Assembly (NCBI GenBank): GCA_963828255.1
Contig: CAWHDZ010000040.1
Location: 192,001 to 256,000 of the forward strand
Reading direction: 5' to 3'
From: an uncultured delta proteobacterium
Lineage (GTDB): Bacteria > Myxococcota > Myxococcia > Myxococcales > Anaeromyxobacteraceae
Length of the DNA stretch: 64,000 nt
The notes below the pieces were generated by a model. That model saw only the letters and a list, made by a program, of their open reading frames with translations, ran no database searches and was not told the DNA's origin. Both the position numbers and the translations under genes were made by a program. Numbering within the stretch: position 1 is the first letter of the stretch; each line of letters starts with the position of its first letter. Of this stretch, positions 1-9,435 are shown in pieces.

Positions 1-1112
1 TGGTCAGCGCGGTCATCCTGGCCGTGGGCCTGCCGGTGCTGGTCTACCGCTTCGCGGCCGGGCTGGGCGCCACCACCAACCTGTCGCAGACCCAGCCCTG
101 GGGGCTGTGGATCGGCTTCGACATGATGACCGGCATCGCGCTGGCCGCGGGGGGGTTCACCATCGGTGCAACGGTGGAGATCTTCGGCCTGAAGGAGTAC
201 CACCCCATCGAGCGGCCCGCCATCCTCACCGGCTTCCTCGGCTACATGCTGGCGGTCATCGGGCTCATCGCCGACCTGGGCAAGCCCTGGAACATGATCG
301 GGATCTTCTCCAACAACGGCACCCAGTCGGTCCTCTTCGAGGTCGCCTGGTGCGTGGCCCTCTACTCCACCGTCCTCTTCCTCGAGTTCTCCGTCCCCCT
401 CTTCGAGTGGCTGGGCTGGGAGCGCTTCCACCGTCCGCTCAAGAAGGCGCTGCTCGGGCTCACCGTGCTCTCGGTGATGTTCTCGACCATGCACCAGTCG
501 GCCCTGGGATCCCTCTTCATCATCGCCCCCGGCAAGCTCCACCCGCTCTGGTACTCCAGCCAGCTGTTCCTCTTCTTCTTCGTCAGCGCGGTCATCGCCG
601 GCATCTGCATGGTCATCGTGGAGAGCACGCTCTCCCACCGGATCTTCTCGAACCAGTTCGAGGGGCAGCACGTCGACGTCGACAAGCTGACGCTCGGGCT
701 CGCCAAGGCCGGGGCCGTGGTGATGTTCGCCTACTTCTTCCTCAAGCTGCAGGGGGTCATCGACAACCACGCCCTCGGCCTCATCGGGGTGGGCTTCTAC
801 GGAAAGTGGTGGCTCCTGGAGGTGCTCGGGTTCGTCCTCCTGCCCTCGCTCATGTTCGCCTGGGGCGCCCGCAACCGGCACGTGAGGGTGGTTCGCGTGG
901 CCGCCATCCTCGGGGTGGTGGGGATCGTCGTCAACCGGCTCAACGTCTCGCTGGTGGCCTACAACTACAACCAGCCCGTTCGCTACTGGCCGAGCTGGAT
1001 GGAGATCGCCGTGTCGCTCGCGCTGGTGGTCGCCGGCATCCTGGCCTTCCGATGGATCGTCAACCGCATGCCCGTGCTGCGCCCCATGAAGGGCCACGCC
1101 GGGGAGCACTGA
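1..1112 (+). CDS. NrfD/PsrC/HybB-family integral membrane quinol-interacting subunit (5' truncated by window edge)
   Basis: PWGLWIGFD, ADLGKPW, SVLFEVAWC and STMHQSALGSL motifs typical of HybB/HmcC-type NrfD proteins; many hydrophobic segments; frame is open upstream of position 24. Confidence 0.88.
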   Translation, partial: VSAVILAVGLPVLVYRFAAGLGATTNLSQTQPWGLWIGFDMMTGIALAAGGFTIGATVEIFGLKEYHPIERPAILTGFLGYMLAVIGLIADLGKPWNMIGIFSNNGTQSVLFEVAWCVALYSTVLFLEFSVPLFEWLGWERFHRPLKKALLGLTVLSVMFSTMHQSALGSLFIIAPGKLHPLWYSSQLFLFFFVSAVIAGICMVIVESTLSHRIFSNQFEGQHVDVDKLTLGLAKAGAVVMFAYFFLKLQGVIDNHALGLIGVGFYGKWWLLEVLGFVLLPSLMFAWGARNRHVRVVRVAAILGVVGIVVNRLNVSLVAYNYNQPVRYWPSWMEIAVSLALVVAGILAFRWIVNRMPVLRPMKGHAGEH

Positions 1113-1122
1113 GGAGCCCGCC

Positions 1123-1467
1123 ATGAACCGGACCGTGAGGAACCTCCGCCGCGCCTTCGTCCTCGCCGCAGCCCTGCTGGCCACCGCCGCCGTGGCCGGA
1201 GGGCTCGACAGGCTGCCTCCCGACCATGTCTTCACTCCGGGTGATGGAAGCCCGGGGAAGGTGACCTTCAGCCACCAGAACCACCTGGACCCGGCCAGGC
1301 CGGGCTGCACGAACTGCCACCCGAGGCTCTTCAAGATGCTGGAGACGGGCGCCACCGCCGACGGCTCTCCCATCCGGCACGCCGTCATGGAGAAGGGCGG
1401 CCAGTGCGGCGCCTGCCACGGAAAGGGAGCCTTCGGGTTCGACTCCTGCGACAGCTGCCACCGCTGA
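1123..1467 (+). CDS. Periplasmic triheme cytochrome c7-type protein
   Basis: Signal peptide, VTFSHQNH motif and three CxxCH motifs (CTNCH, CGACH, CDSCH); GAGGAG RBS upstream. Confidence 0.88.
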   Translation: MNRTVRNLRRAFVLAAALLATAAVAGGLDRLPPDHVFTPGDGSPGKVTFSHQNHLDPARPGCTNCHPRLFKMLETGATADGSPIRHAVMEKGGQCGACHGKGAFGFDSCDSCHR

Positions 1468-1723
1468 TCGCGCAGATCGGGGCGAAACCGTTGCGCGCGC
1501 ACGCGGCCCGAAGGGGCCGTTGCGCGCGCATCCTGCGTAGTGGGGCAGGTCCCCTAAATGGTGCGCAGACGTCCATGAAGAAAGTAAAATTTCCCCCGGA
1601 AATACATGGATCTTAACCATGGTAGGGGTGGCGCGTCCCTTATCGATCTGCTAAACGCGTCGGGTCGAATTCGAGGACCCGCAGTCAACACGGGCGGGCC
1701 TCCCAACTGGACCAGGGGCGATC

Positions 1724-2767
1724 ATGACGAAGAGGCTCTTGCTGGCGCTGGCGGTGGCGGTGCTCGCCCCGGTGGCGCGCGCCGACATACCCGCCGAGCA
1801 GGACGGTTGCCTGGGGTGCCACGGCAGCGACCCGTCCATGTCCATGGATCTCCCCAGCGGCGAGAAGCTCCCCCTCCACGTGGACCAGGCCTCCTTCGCG
1901 AAGTCGGTCCACGGCGACATGCTCCGCTGCACCGACTGCCACACCGACAAGGGCGACTACCCCCACGAGTCGAAGCCCTTCAAGACCCGGCGCGACGTGA
2001 CGGTGGCCCACTACGAGCAGTGCAAGAAGTGCCACTTCTCGAACTACACCAAGACCCTGGACGGGGTGCACTTCCAGCTGGCCGAGAAGGGCAACCGCCA
2101 GGCCGCACTCTGCGTGGATTGCCACGGTTCCCACGCCATCGGCCGGCCGGGCGAGCCGCGCACCCGCGTCTCCTCGACCTGCTCGACCTGCCACAAGAAG
2201 GTCTTCGAGATCTACGGCGGCAGCGTCCACGGGAAGGCCGTCACCCAGGGGAACGGCGACGTGCCGGTCTGCACGGACTGCCACCGCGCCCACGACGTGG
2301 CCGATCCGCGCGCCGGGGCCCTCTCGCTCCGCACCGCCGAGATCTGCGGCCGCTGCCACACCGACCCCAAGCTGATGAAGCGCTACGGCCTCTCCACCAA
2401 CGTGGTGGAGACCTACCTGGCCGACTTCCACGGGATGGCGGCGTCCCTGCAGAAGGGCAAGAAGGACAAGGGCGATCGGCTGGCGGCGGGATGCACCGAC
2501 TGCCACGGCGTGCACGACATCCAGCCCGCCGACGACCCCAGGTCGTCGGTGATGCAGGGCAACCTGGTCAAGACCTGCGGCAAGTGCCACGAGGGCGCCA
2601 CCGCCGACTTCCCGAAGGCCTGGATGTCCCACTACGAGCCCAGCCTGAAGAAGTCCCCGCTGGTCTGGAGCGTCCAGGTCTTCTACTACGTGCTCATCCC
2701 GTTCATCCTCATCAGCCTGGTGCTCCAGATCGCGCTTCACCTCTGGCGCGTGGTGGTGAACCGGTGA
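1724..2767 (+). CDS. Nonaheme cytochrome c with C-terminal membrane anchor (CbcL/cytochrome c3-like)
   Basis: Signal peptide, 9 CxxCH motifs counted in the translation, C-terminal TM helix VFYYVLIPFILISLVLQIAL. Confidence 0.88.
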   Translation: MTKRLLLALAVAVLAPVARADIPAEQDGCLGCHGSDPSMSMDLPSGEKLPLHVDQASFAKSVHGDMLRCTDCHTDKGDYPHESKPFKTRRDVTVAHYEQCKKCHFSNYTKTLDGVHFQLAEKGNRQAALCVDCHGSHAIGRPGEPRTRVSSTCSTCHKKVFEIYGGSVHGKAVTQGNGDVPVCTDCHRAHDVADPRAGALSLRTAEICGRCHTDPKLMKRYGLSTNVVETYLADFHGMAASLQKGKKDKGDRLAAGCTDCHGVHDIQPADDPRSSVMQGNLVKTCGKCHEGATADFPKAWMSHYEPSLKKSPLVWSVQVFYYVLIPFILISLVLQIALHLWRVVVNR

Positions 2768-2814
2768 ACGGCGATACGGCGGGGGTCGGTGATTCCGGAG
2801 CGAGGAGCGACACG

Positions 2815-3531
2815 ATGAGCGAGGCGGCTGTTCGGTCCGAGGCGGGCTTCCTGGTCCGGTTCTCGGCGGCGCAACGGGTGGAGCACTTCGTCACCATGGT
2901 CGACTTCGTCGGCCTGGTGGCGACGGGCCTGCCGCAGAAGTTCTACACCACCGGGTGGGCCCAGTGGATGATCGGGGCCATGGGCGGGATCGACAGCGTG
3001 CGCTGGATCCATCGCTTCTTCGGGATCGTGCTCATCGTGGCCGTGCTCTGGCACGCCGCGGGCGCGCTCAGGGCCATCCTCTCCCGGCGGGTGGGCTTCA
3101 GCATGGCGGTGAACAAGCGCGACTTCAGCGACGCGGTGAAGACGCTCCGCTACTACCTGGGGCTCGAGGACCACCCGGCCGCCTTCGATCGCTACGACTA
3201 CAAGCAGAAGTGGGAGTACTGGAGCCTCATGATCGGCAACGTGATCATGATCCTCTCCGGGCTCACGCTCATGTACCCGGCGGTGGTGGCCCGGATCGGC
3301 CCCGGCGAGATCATCCCGGCCGCCAAGGTGGCGCACTCGAACGAGGGGCTCATGGCCTTCCTCGTCATCACCATCTGGCACATCTTCAACGCCCACCTGC
3401 ACCCCGACGTCTTCCCCTTCGACGCCTCCATCTTCACCGGGAAGATCAGCCGGGAGCGCATGGAGCACGAGCATCCGCTGGAGCTGGCCCGGGTCGAGGG
3501 CCGCGAGCCGGGTGGCCACGGCCACGGGTGA
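2815..3531 (+). CDS. Di-heme cytochrome b subunit (FdnI/HydC family)
   Basis: RFSAAQRVEH, ATGLPQKF, RWIHR, FDRYDYKQKWEYW, HSNEG..WHIFNAH and HEHPLE motifs; GAGGAG RBS at 2802-2807 before ATG 2815. Confidence 0.88.
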   Translation: MSEAAVRSEAGFLVRFSAAQRVEHFVTMVDFVGLVATGLPQKFYTTGWAQWMIGAMGGIDSVRWIHRFFGIVLIVAVLWHAAGALRAILSRRVGFSMAVNKRDFSDAVKTLRYYLGLEDHPAAFDRYDYKQKWEYWSLMIGNVIMILSGLTLMYPAVVARIGPGEIIPAAKVAHSNEGLMAFLVITIWHIFNAHLHPDVFPFDASIFTGKISRERMEHEHPLELARVEGREPGGHGHG

Positions 3532-3558
3532 CCGGGGCGGTTCGCCCGGGGGCCTGAA

Positions 3559-4551
3559 ATGAGCGGCCAGAGGTGGATCGACTTCGCCGGACAGGCGATC
3601 TTCCACACCCTGGTCGCCGCGCTGGTGGTGGAGGCGCTGGTCCGCCTCTGGGGGGTGCGCCAGCCCGAGCAGCGGACCGGGTTCCGGCTGCTGGCCCTGG
3701 GATGGCCGCTGCTCGTGGTCCCGGCGCTCTTCCTGGCCTTCCCGGGCCGGGAGGAGGAGAGCTTCCGCGACGCCCGCGCCATCTTCGCCGGCCGGCACTG
3801 GGACGACCTGGCCTTCCTGGGGACCGGGCTCTACGGATGGTGGATCGGCATCATGTCCGCCGCCGGCCTTGGCCTCTTCCTTCTCGACCTGGTCCCCTGG
3901 CTGCGGGCCAGGAACGTGCGGCCCCCGCCCTGGATCCCCGGGGCGCCGGGGTCCCTCCCGGCCGAGGAAGCGCTCTCGCGGGCCGCGGCCTCACTCGGCA
4001 TCGAGCCCCCGGGACTGGCCTGGGTCGAGGGCGGTCCGCCGGTGCTCTTCTGCACCGGAACGCGCCGTCCCCGGGTGGTCATCTCCAGCTCCGCCGTCGA
4101 GCTGCTCGACCGGGACGAGCTGGCCGCCGCCCTGGCCCACGAGCTGGCCCACCTCGAGCGGCGCGACCCCACGCTGTCCTGGGCCCTCATGGTGGCGCGC
4201 GCCCTCATGTGGTTCAACCCCGGCGTCCAGGTGCTGGTGCGCGCCATCGCCCGCGACGCCGAGCGCATCGCCGACGAGCGGGCCGGCCAGGCCTGTGGGG
4301 ACCGGCTGGCGCTGGCCAGCGGCCTTCTCAAGCTCTACCGCGCCACCGAGGGGCGAGGCCGGGGAACCGGGGCGGGGAGCCAGCCGCTCTCGGCCGCGCT
4401 CGCGGAGCCCATCGCCCGGGCGCGCGCCCACGACATCGAGCTGCGCTGCCGCGCGCTGCTCGGCCCGCCTCCGGCGCCGGTGCCGCTGGCGCGGATGCGG
4501 CTCGCAGCGGCCGCGGCCGGGCTCGGTCTCCTGCTCTTCTTCGTGGTATGA
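3559..4551 (+). CDS. M56/M48-family membrane zinc metallopeptidase (BlaR1-like)
   Basis: HELAH zinc motif, ERIADE motif, N-terminal TM segments. Confidence 0.78.
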   Translation: MSGQRWIDFAGQAIFHTLVAALVVEALVRLWGVRQPEQRTGFRLLALGWPLLVVPALFLAFPGREEESFRDARAIFAGRHWDDLAFLGTGLYGWWIGIMSAAGLGLFLLDLVPWLRARNVRPPPWIPGAPGSLPAEEALSRAAASLGIEPPGLAWVEGGPPVLFCTGTRRPRVVISSSAVELLDRDELAAALAHELAHLERRDPTLSWALMVARALMWFNPGVQVLVRAIARDAERIADERAGQACGDRLALASGLLKLYRATEGRGRGTGAGSQPLSAALAEPIARARAHDIELRCRALLGPPPAPVPLARMRLAAAAAGLGLLLFFVV

Positions 4552-5123
4552 CCGCCGCCACGGTGGCAGGGGCGACGGGAAGCACGGTGAGCGAGGGCGC
4601 ACGCGCCCTCTTGACCCTGGCCCTCGTGCTGGGGGGAACGACCGTGGCGCTCGTGACGCTGGACGCGATGCCCACCTGGCTGCACGGCCAGCCGCGCGGT
4701 GTCCGGCGGGCAGCCACCGTCGAGGACGCCGAGCGGCGCATCCAGTCGCGCGTCCTCCTGCCGTCCTACTTCCCCGACACCCTGCGCTGGCCTCCCTCCG
4801 AGGTGCGCTTCACGCGTGACGGGGGCGGCTCCGTGGCGCTCACCTTCCAGGGCACGGACGGGGCTCCTGACATGGTCCTCGCCCAGACGGTGGCGGGGGA
4901 CGGACCGATCCCGGACGGGCTGCACGGACGCCTGGCGGTGATCCAGCAGCAGAGCGCTCCCCTCGGCGACGATGCGGTCCTGTCCCGGGTGGTGGCCGAG
5001 GACGGGACGCTCTGGAGCCAGATGGAGTGGACCCGCGGGGGGCGGCGCTTCCTCCTCCGCGGCCGTGGCTCGCTGGAGAACCTGATCCGGATGGCCCGCA
5101 GCATCCACGGGGAGCGCCGGTGA
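4548..5123 (+). CDS. Hypothetical single-TM membrane/periplasmic protein
   Basis: ATGA overlap with the upstream stop, GTGA overlap with the downstream start, one hydrophobic segment, LLPSYFP motif. Confidence 0.65.
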   Translation: MTAATVAGATGSTVSEGARALLTLALVLGGTTVALVTLDAMPTWLHGQPRGVRRAATVEDAERRIQSRVLLPSYFPDTLRWPPSEVRFTRDGGGSVALTFQGTDGAPDMVLAQTVAGDGPIPDGLHGRLAVIQQQSAPLGDDAVLSRVVAEDGTLWSQMEWTRGGRRFLLRGRGSLENLIRMARSIHGERR

Positions 5124-6970
5124 GGCGGGCCTCGCTCCGCGACCGCCTGCGCGGCTCGCTGCAGACCCGCGTCTACATGCTGCTCGCGGTCAGCTCGGTG
5201 ATCCCGGTGGTGATGCTGGCCTGGGCCTTCGGCGTCCGCGTGTCGCGCCTCGACGGGCAGCTGGTCGAGGCCCGCGAGTGGTCGGCGAAGACCGTGGCGG
5301 GGCAGGTCGAGGAGGAGCTCAACAAGGGATTCGAGATCCTGCAGCGGGCCGCCACCGCCTCCCACGTGAACCTGGAGGACCAGGACTCCGGCCCGGAGCG
5401 GGCGGCGCTCCGGGACCCGCGCGTGGGGCTGCACTTCCCCGGCGGCGCCTTCTTCCTCGACGCGACCGGGCGCGTGGTCGCCGAGGAGCCCGACCGCGGT
5501 TCCCGATCCATCGCGCCCCTCGCCGACCTCACGGTGGTGCGCACGGCCATCGAGAGCGGGCGGCCCGTGGTGTCTCCCTTCGTGGCGGGGTTCTCGGGGG
5601 AGCACGTCTACGAGCTCGTCCCGGTCCGGAACTGGGAGGGGCGGATCACCGGACTGGCCGGCGGGATCGTGGACGCCGGCCAGCACAACCTGCACGTCAT
5701 GCTCCGCTACCTCCGCCAGGGGGCGGAGGGATCGGCGGAGGTCGTGGACCGCACCGGGCGCATCCTGGCCACCACGGAGCCGGGGCGTCCCGCCGTCACG
5801 AGCGCCTGCTCGGGCGTCCGGGGCGTGATCGCGCAGGGCAAGGGGATGTCCCGGCGCTGCAGCGAGTGCCACTCCGGCAGGGCGCAGGACGCGCGGGGGC
5901 GGTCGGTGGTGACCACGGCCGTGGTCGGGAACGCTCCCTGGATGCTCTTGGCCCGCGCCCCGGCGGCCGAGGTCATGGGCGCGTCGGGCGCGTTCCCCGC
6001 CTGGCTCGTGGGGATGATCCTGGTGTCGCTGGGCGCCGGCGCCATGCTGGCATGGGGCGCGGCGCGCAGCGTGGCGAAGCCGGTGGCGGCCCTCACCCGC
6101 GCCGCCGAGAGCATCGCCGCCGGGAACCTCTCCGAGAAGATCCCGATCCTCGGAAGGGACGAGGTGGGGAGGCTCTCGCTGGCCCTCGAGAAGATGCGGC
6201 TCGCGCTGGCCGGTCTCATCGGCGCGGTGGCGGCGGCCAACGCCCAGCTCGAGGAGCGGGTGGTCGAGCGGACGGTGCAGCTGGGCCGGGCCAACCTCCA
6301 GCTGCGCGATCGCGAGGCCGCCCTGGAGCGGCTCTACGAGAAGGTGGTTTCGGCCCAGGAGGACGAGCGCAAGCGCATCGCCCGGGAGCTCCATGACGAC
6401 ACCAGCCAGAGCCTTGCCGCGCTGGTGATGGCCATCGACGGGTCGCTCGCCGCCATGAGGGCGGGGCTCACCCCGCGCCTCGAGGAGGCCAAGGCGCTCG
6501 CGGTCCACACCATCGAGGAGGTCCACCGGATGATCCTCGACCTGCGCCCCTCGGTCCTCGACGACCTCGGGCTGCAGTCGGCCATCCGGTGGTACGCCGA
6601 CCGCCACCTGACCGCCCGGGGCATCTCGGTGCGCTGCGAGTTCGACGCCCCGGACCGGCGTTTCCCGGCGGCCTTCGAGACGGCAATCTTCCGCGTCTGC
6701 CAGGAGGCCATGAGCAACATCGCCCGCCACGCCCACGCCGAGTCGGCGCTCATCCAGCTCTCCGAGGGCGATGGTGTGATCCGCATCGAGATCGAGGATG
6801 ATGGCCGCGGCTTCGAGCCGAAGAACGTGTCCCATGCCGAGCGGCGCCACTTCGGGCTCATGGGGATCGAGGAGCGGGTGGAGATCCTGGGCGGCAAGGT
6901 GAAGATCGACTCGGCGCCGGGCCAGGGGACGCGTGTCCGCCTCGAGGTTCCGCTTCCCAGGGGGTGCTAG
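5120..6970 (+). CDS. Sensor histidine kinase (Cache-like periplasmic domain with CxxCH, HAMP, HisKA_3/NarX-UhpB type)
   Basis: ERKRIARELHD H-box, QEAMSNIARHA N-box, EDDGRGF and FGLMGIEER boxes; CSECH at 5858-5872 between two TMs. Confidence 0.9.
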   Translation: MRRASLRDRLRGSLQTRVYMLLAVSSVIPVVMLAWAFGVRVSRLDGQLVEAREWSAKTVAGQVEEELNKGFEILQRAATASHVNLEDQDSGPERAALRDPRVGLHFPGGAFFLDATGRVVAEEPDRGSRSIAPLADLTVVRTAIESGRPVVSPFVAGFSGEHVYELVPVRNWEGRITGLAGGIVDAGQHNLHVMLRYLRQGAEGSAEVVDRTGRILATTEPGRPAVTSACSGVRGVIAQGKGMSRRCSECHSGRAQDARGRSVVTTAVVGNAPWMLLARAPAAEVMGASGAFPAWLVGMILVSLGAGAMLAWGAARSVAKPVAALTRAAESIAAGNLSEKIPILGRDEVGRLSLALEKMRLALAGLIGAVAAANAQLEERVVERTVQLGRANLQLRDREAALERLYEKVVSAQEDERKRIARELHDDTSQSLAALVMAIDGSLAAMRAGLTPRLEEAKALAVHTIEEVHRMILDLRPSVLDDLGLQSAIRWYADRHLTARGISVRCEFDAPDRRFPAAFETAIFRVCQEAMSNIARHAHAESALIQLSEGDGVIRIEIEDDGRGFEPKNVSHAERRHFGLMGIEERVEILGGKVKIDSAPGQGTRVRLEVPLPRGC

Positions 6971-6973
6971 GCG

Positions 6974-7627
6974 ATGTCCAGGATCCGGGTTCTGCTCGCC
7001 GACGACCACGCCATCCTGCGGGAGGGGGTGCGGGCGCTCCTCTCCCTGTGCGACGACATCGAGGTGGTCGGGGAAGCGGTGGATGGGCAGGGCGCCATCG
7101 AGGCCACCCGCACCCTCGACCCCGACGTGGTGCTCATGGACATCGCCATGCCCGGTCTGGGCGGGCTGGAGGCCACCCTCGAGATCAAGAAGGCCGGGCT
7201 CCGCGCCCGGATCCTCATCCTCTCCCAGTACGAGGACAGGGAATACGTGAGGAGGCTGCTCAAGGCCGGCGTCTCCGGCTACCTGCTCAAGAAGTCGGCG
7301 GGATCGGAGCTCCCCAACGCGATCCGTGCGGTTCACAAGGGCGGACTGGTGCTCGACCCCGAGGTGGCGCGGACCGCGATGGAGGACGCCGGACCGGCGG
7401 CGCCGGGCGGCGACGACCTCTACGAGAGCCTGACCGACCGCGAGAAGCAGGTGCTGAAGCTGGTGGCCGAGGGGCTCGCCAACAAGGAGGTCGCCGACGT
7501 CCTGGGCATCAGCGTGAAGACGGCCATGTCGCACCGCGAAAAGGTCATGGAAAAGCTCGGCCTGCACAACCGCACCGAGCTGGTCCGCTTCGCGCTCCGC
7601 CGCGGCGTCATCCGCGTCGATCCCTGA
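6974..7627 (+). CDS. NarL/LuxR-family response regulator
   Basis: REC domain (LADDH, MDIAMP) plus LuxR HTH (LTDREKQVLKLVAEG..KEVA). Confidence 0.93.
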   Translation: MSRIRVLLADDHAILREGVRALLSLCDDIEVVGEAVDGQGAIEATRTLDPDVVLMDIAMPGLGGLEATLEIKKAGLRARILILSQYEDREYVRRLLKAGVSGYLLKKSAGSELPNAIRAVHKGGLVLDPEVARTAMEDAGPAAPGGDDLYESLTDREKQVLKLVAEGLANKEVADVLGISVKTAMSHREKVMEKLGLHNRTELVRFALRRGVIRVDP

Positions 7628-7752
7628 CGGCGCCACGGGGGGCGGTGCGCGAAATCCCCCCTTTCCAGCATGACGTGGGGCAAGCGCCCCATCGGCGCTC
7701 CCCGCCCTTCGTGCAAGCGCCCGGATTCAGGCAAGTCCCCGACTCCCGCGCA

Positions 7753-7768
7753 CGGCCCGGTCCTTGCT
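7753..7768 (+). promoter_or_regulatory. sigma54 (-24/-12) promoter of the radical SAM gene
   Basis: CGGCCCGGTCCTTGCT: GG-N10-GC with TTGC. Confidence 0.65.
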
Positions 7769-7833
7769 AAATCCTCGAGGGCGCTGGTCGCTCCGGGAGG
7801 GGAGCGATCAGCGTCTTGGGCGGGGGGGAGAGC

Positions 7834-9273
7834 GTGCGGGTCCTTTTCACGAGTGCGCCTGAGCCGGACTCGGGCGTCGAGTCAGCTGAAGCCTGGCTCC
7901 CCCTTGCCCTGGTTCATCTCGCCGGCGCGGTCCGGGCCGCCGGCCACGAGTGCGAGATCGTGGATGCGCTCTCCCTCGGCCTCGGCGCCGCGGACGTCGA
8001 GGCCATCGCCCACCAGACCGGATCGGACGTGGTCTGCGTCTCGGCCGCGACGCCCGGCTTCCCGGCCGCCATGGATCTCTGCCGCCGGCTCCGGAGCGCG
8101 GGCCGGACCACCGTGGTGGGCGGAGTCCACGCCTCGTTCATGTACCCCGAGTTCCTGCCCACGGGCGCGGTGGACTTCGCCGTGGTCGGCGAGGGGGAGG
8201 AGACCCTCCCGGAGCTGCTGCGCTGCCTGGCGGTAGGCGACGACCCGGCCCGGGTCGCCGGGATCGCCTTCGGGCTGGGCGGCCGGGTGATCCGGACGGC
8301 CCCGCGCCCCCGCCTGGCCGCGCTCGACCCGCTGCCCAAGGCCTGGGACCTCCTGCCCTTGTCCCGCTACCGCTGGGCGGGCCGTCCCCGGGCGCGCATG
8401 GGGGCCATCACCACGTCGCGCGGATGCCCCCGCCACTGCGGCTACTGCTGCCAGGCGACCCAGTACGAGGGCACCTGGCGCATGCGCTCGGCGGACTCGG
8501 TGGCCTACGAGCTGGTCCAGCTCCGGCGGGAGCACGAGGTCGAGCTGGTGTGCTTCCACGACCCCGCGCCCGCCGCCGACGCCAGCCGCTTCGCCGAGCT
8601 GACCGAGCGGCTGGTCGAGCTCGACCTGGGGCTCGAGCTCGTGATCTGGAGCAGCGTCGCCGACGTCCTCCGCGACGAGGCGGTGCTCCCGCGCTGGCGC
8701 GACGCGGGGGTGATCCACGTCGGGATGTGCCGCGAGCCGTCGGAGGATCGGCTCGAAGGGGCCGCGATGGAGCGCTCGGTCTCCGACGGGCGCCGGGCCG
8801 TCCGGGCGCTGCGCCGGGCCGGCATCACCTGCGAGACCTCCTTCTGGCTAGGGCTTCCGGACGAGACGCCGGCCACCGTGGACGAGACGTCGTCGCGGGC
8901 GCGGGCCTGGGATGCCGACGTCACCCACTTCCCGCTCCTCACGCCCCTGCCGTACACGCCGGCGTGGCGGACCTACGGCGCCCACGTGATCACCCGCGAC
9001 TACCGTCGCTACAACCAGCGTGATCCCGTGGTGAAGCCTCGGGCGATGGAGCTCCAGGAGGTGGTGGAGGCTGCCGAACGGTGCCGCCGGCAGTTCACCG
9101 CCGACCGCCCGTCGCGGAACACCCCTGGCACCGTGCGGCGTGCCGGACCCTGGCTCGTGCACCCCGGGGAGCCGGAGCTCGGGGGGCCGGAGCTCGGGGG
9201 GCCGGTTCCCGAGGGCCTGGGCGGCGACGGACGGGAAGGGGACCCCGCCTCGCCACCCGGACGCCGCAACTAG
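7834..9273 (+). CDS. B12-binding-domain radical SAM protein (BchE-like/class B)
   Basis: N-terminal cobalamin-binding fold (VVGGVHAS, GEGEETL) and SRGCPRHCGYC CxxxCxxC motif; start could be TTG 7816 or GTG 7834. Confidence 0.85.
   Translation: MRVLFTSAPEPDSGVESAEAWLPLALVHLAGAVRAAGHECEIVDALSLGLGAADVEAIAHQTGSDVVCVSAATPGFPAAMDLCRRLRSAGRTTVVGGVHASFMYPEFLPTGAVDFAVVGEGEETLPELLRCLAVGDDPARVAGIAFGLGGRVIRTAPRPRLAALDPLPKAWDLLPLSRYRWAGRPRARMGAITTSRGCPRHCGYCCQATQYEGTWRMRSADSVAYELVQLRREHEVELVCFHDPAPAADASRFAELTERLVELDLGLELVIWSSVADVLRDEAVLPRWRDAGVIHVGMCREPSEDRLEGAAMERSVSDGRRAVRALRRAGITCETSFWLGLPDETPATVDETSSRARAWDADVTHFPLLTPLPYTPAWRTYGAHVITRDYRRYNQRDPVVKPRAMELQEVVEAAERCRRQFTADRPSRNTPGTVRRAGPWLVHPGEPELGGPELGGPVPEGLGGDGREGDPASPPGRRN
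9171..9205 (+). repeat. 15-bp tandem repeat (about 2.3 copies) encoding PELGG-PELGG in the radical SAM C-terminal tail
   Basis: gccggagctcggggg x2 followed by gccgg. Confidence 0.8.
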
Positions 9274-9395
9274 CCGCGGCTGCGGGGGAATCCCGAGGCT
9301 GCATCCCTTTCGCGGGGGAACCCTTGTGGGTGGATGGCGCGCAACCGCTGCACCCGCGATATGAGGCAAGTTGAAGGAAATCCATGGTCTTCGCT

Positions 9396-9411
9396 CGGCA
9401 CGGAGGTTGCT
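9396..9411 (+). promoter_or_regulatory. sigma54 promoter of hemA
   Basis: CGGCACGGAGGTTGCT, near-consensus TGGCAC-N5-TTGC, about 25 nt before ATG 9436. Confidence 0.75.
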
Positions 9412-9435
9412 GATTGGGTTCGCCCGGAGGGGTCG

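Noticed and set aside
1629..1643. sigma54 promoter before the nonaheme gene (TGGCGCGTCCCTTAT)
   Set aside because: Good -24 element but lacks the -12 GC
1606..2814. N-terminal 400 aa of the 641-aa ORF 1606-3531
   Set aside because: Out-of-frame overlap with the nonaheme gene; only the part from about 2815 encodes cytochrome b
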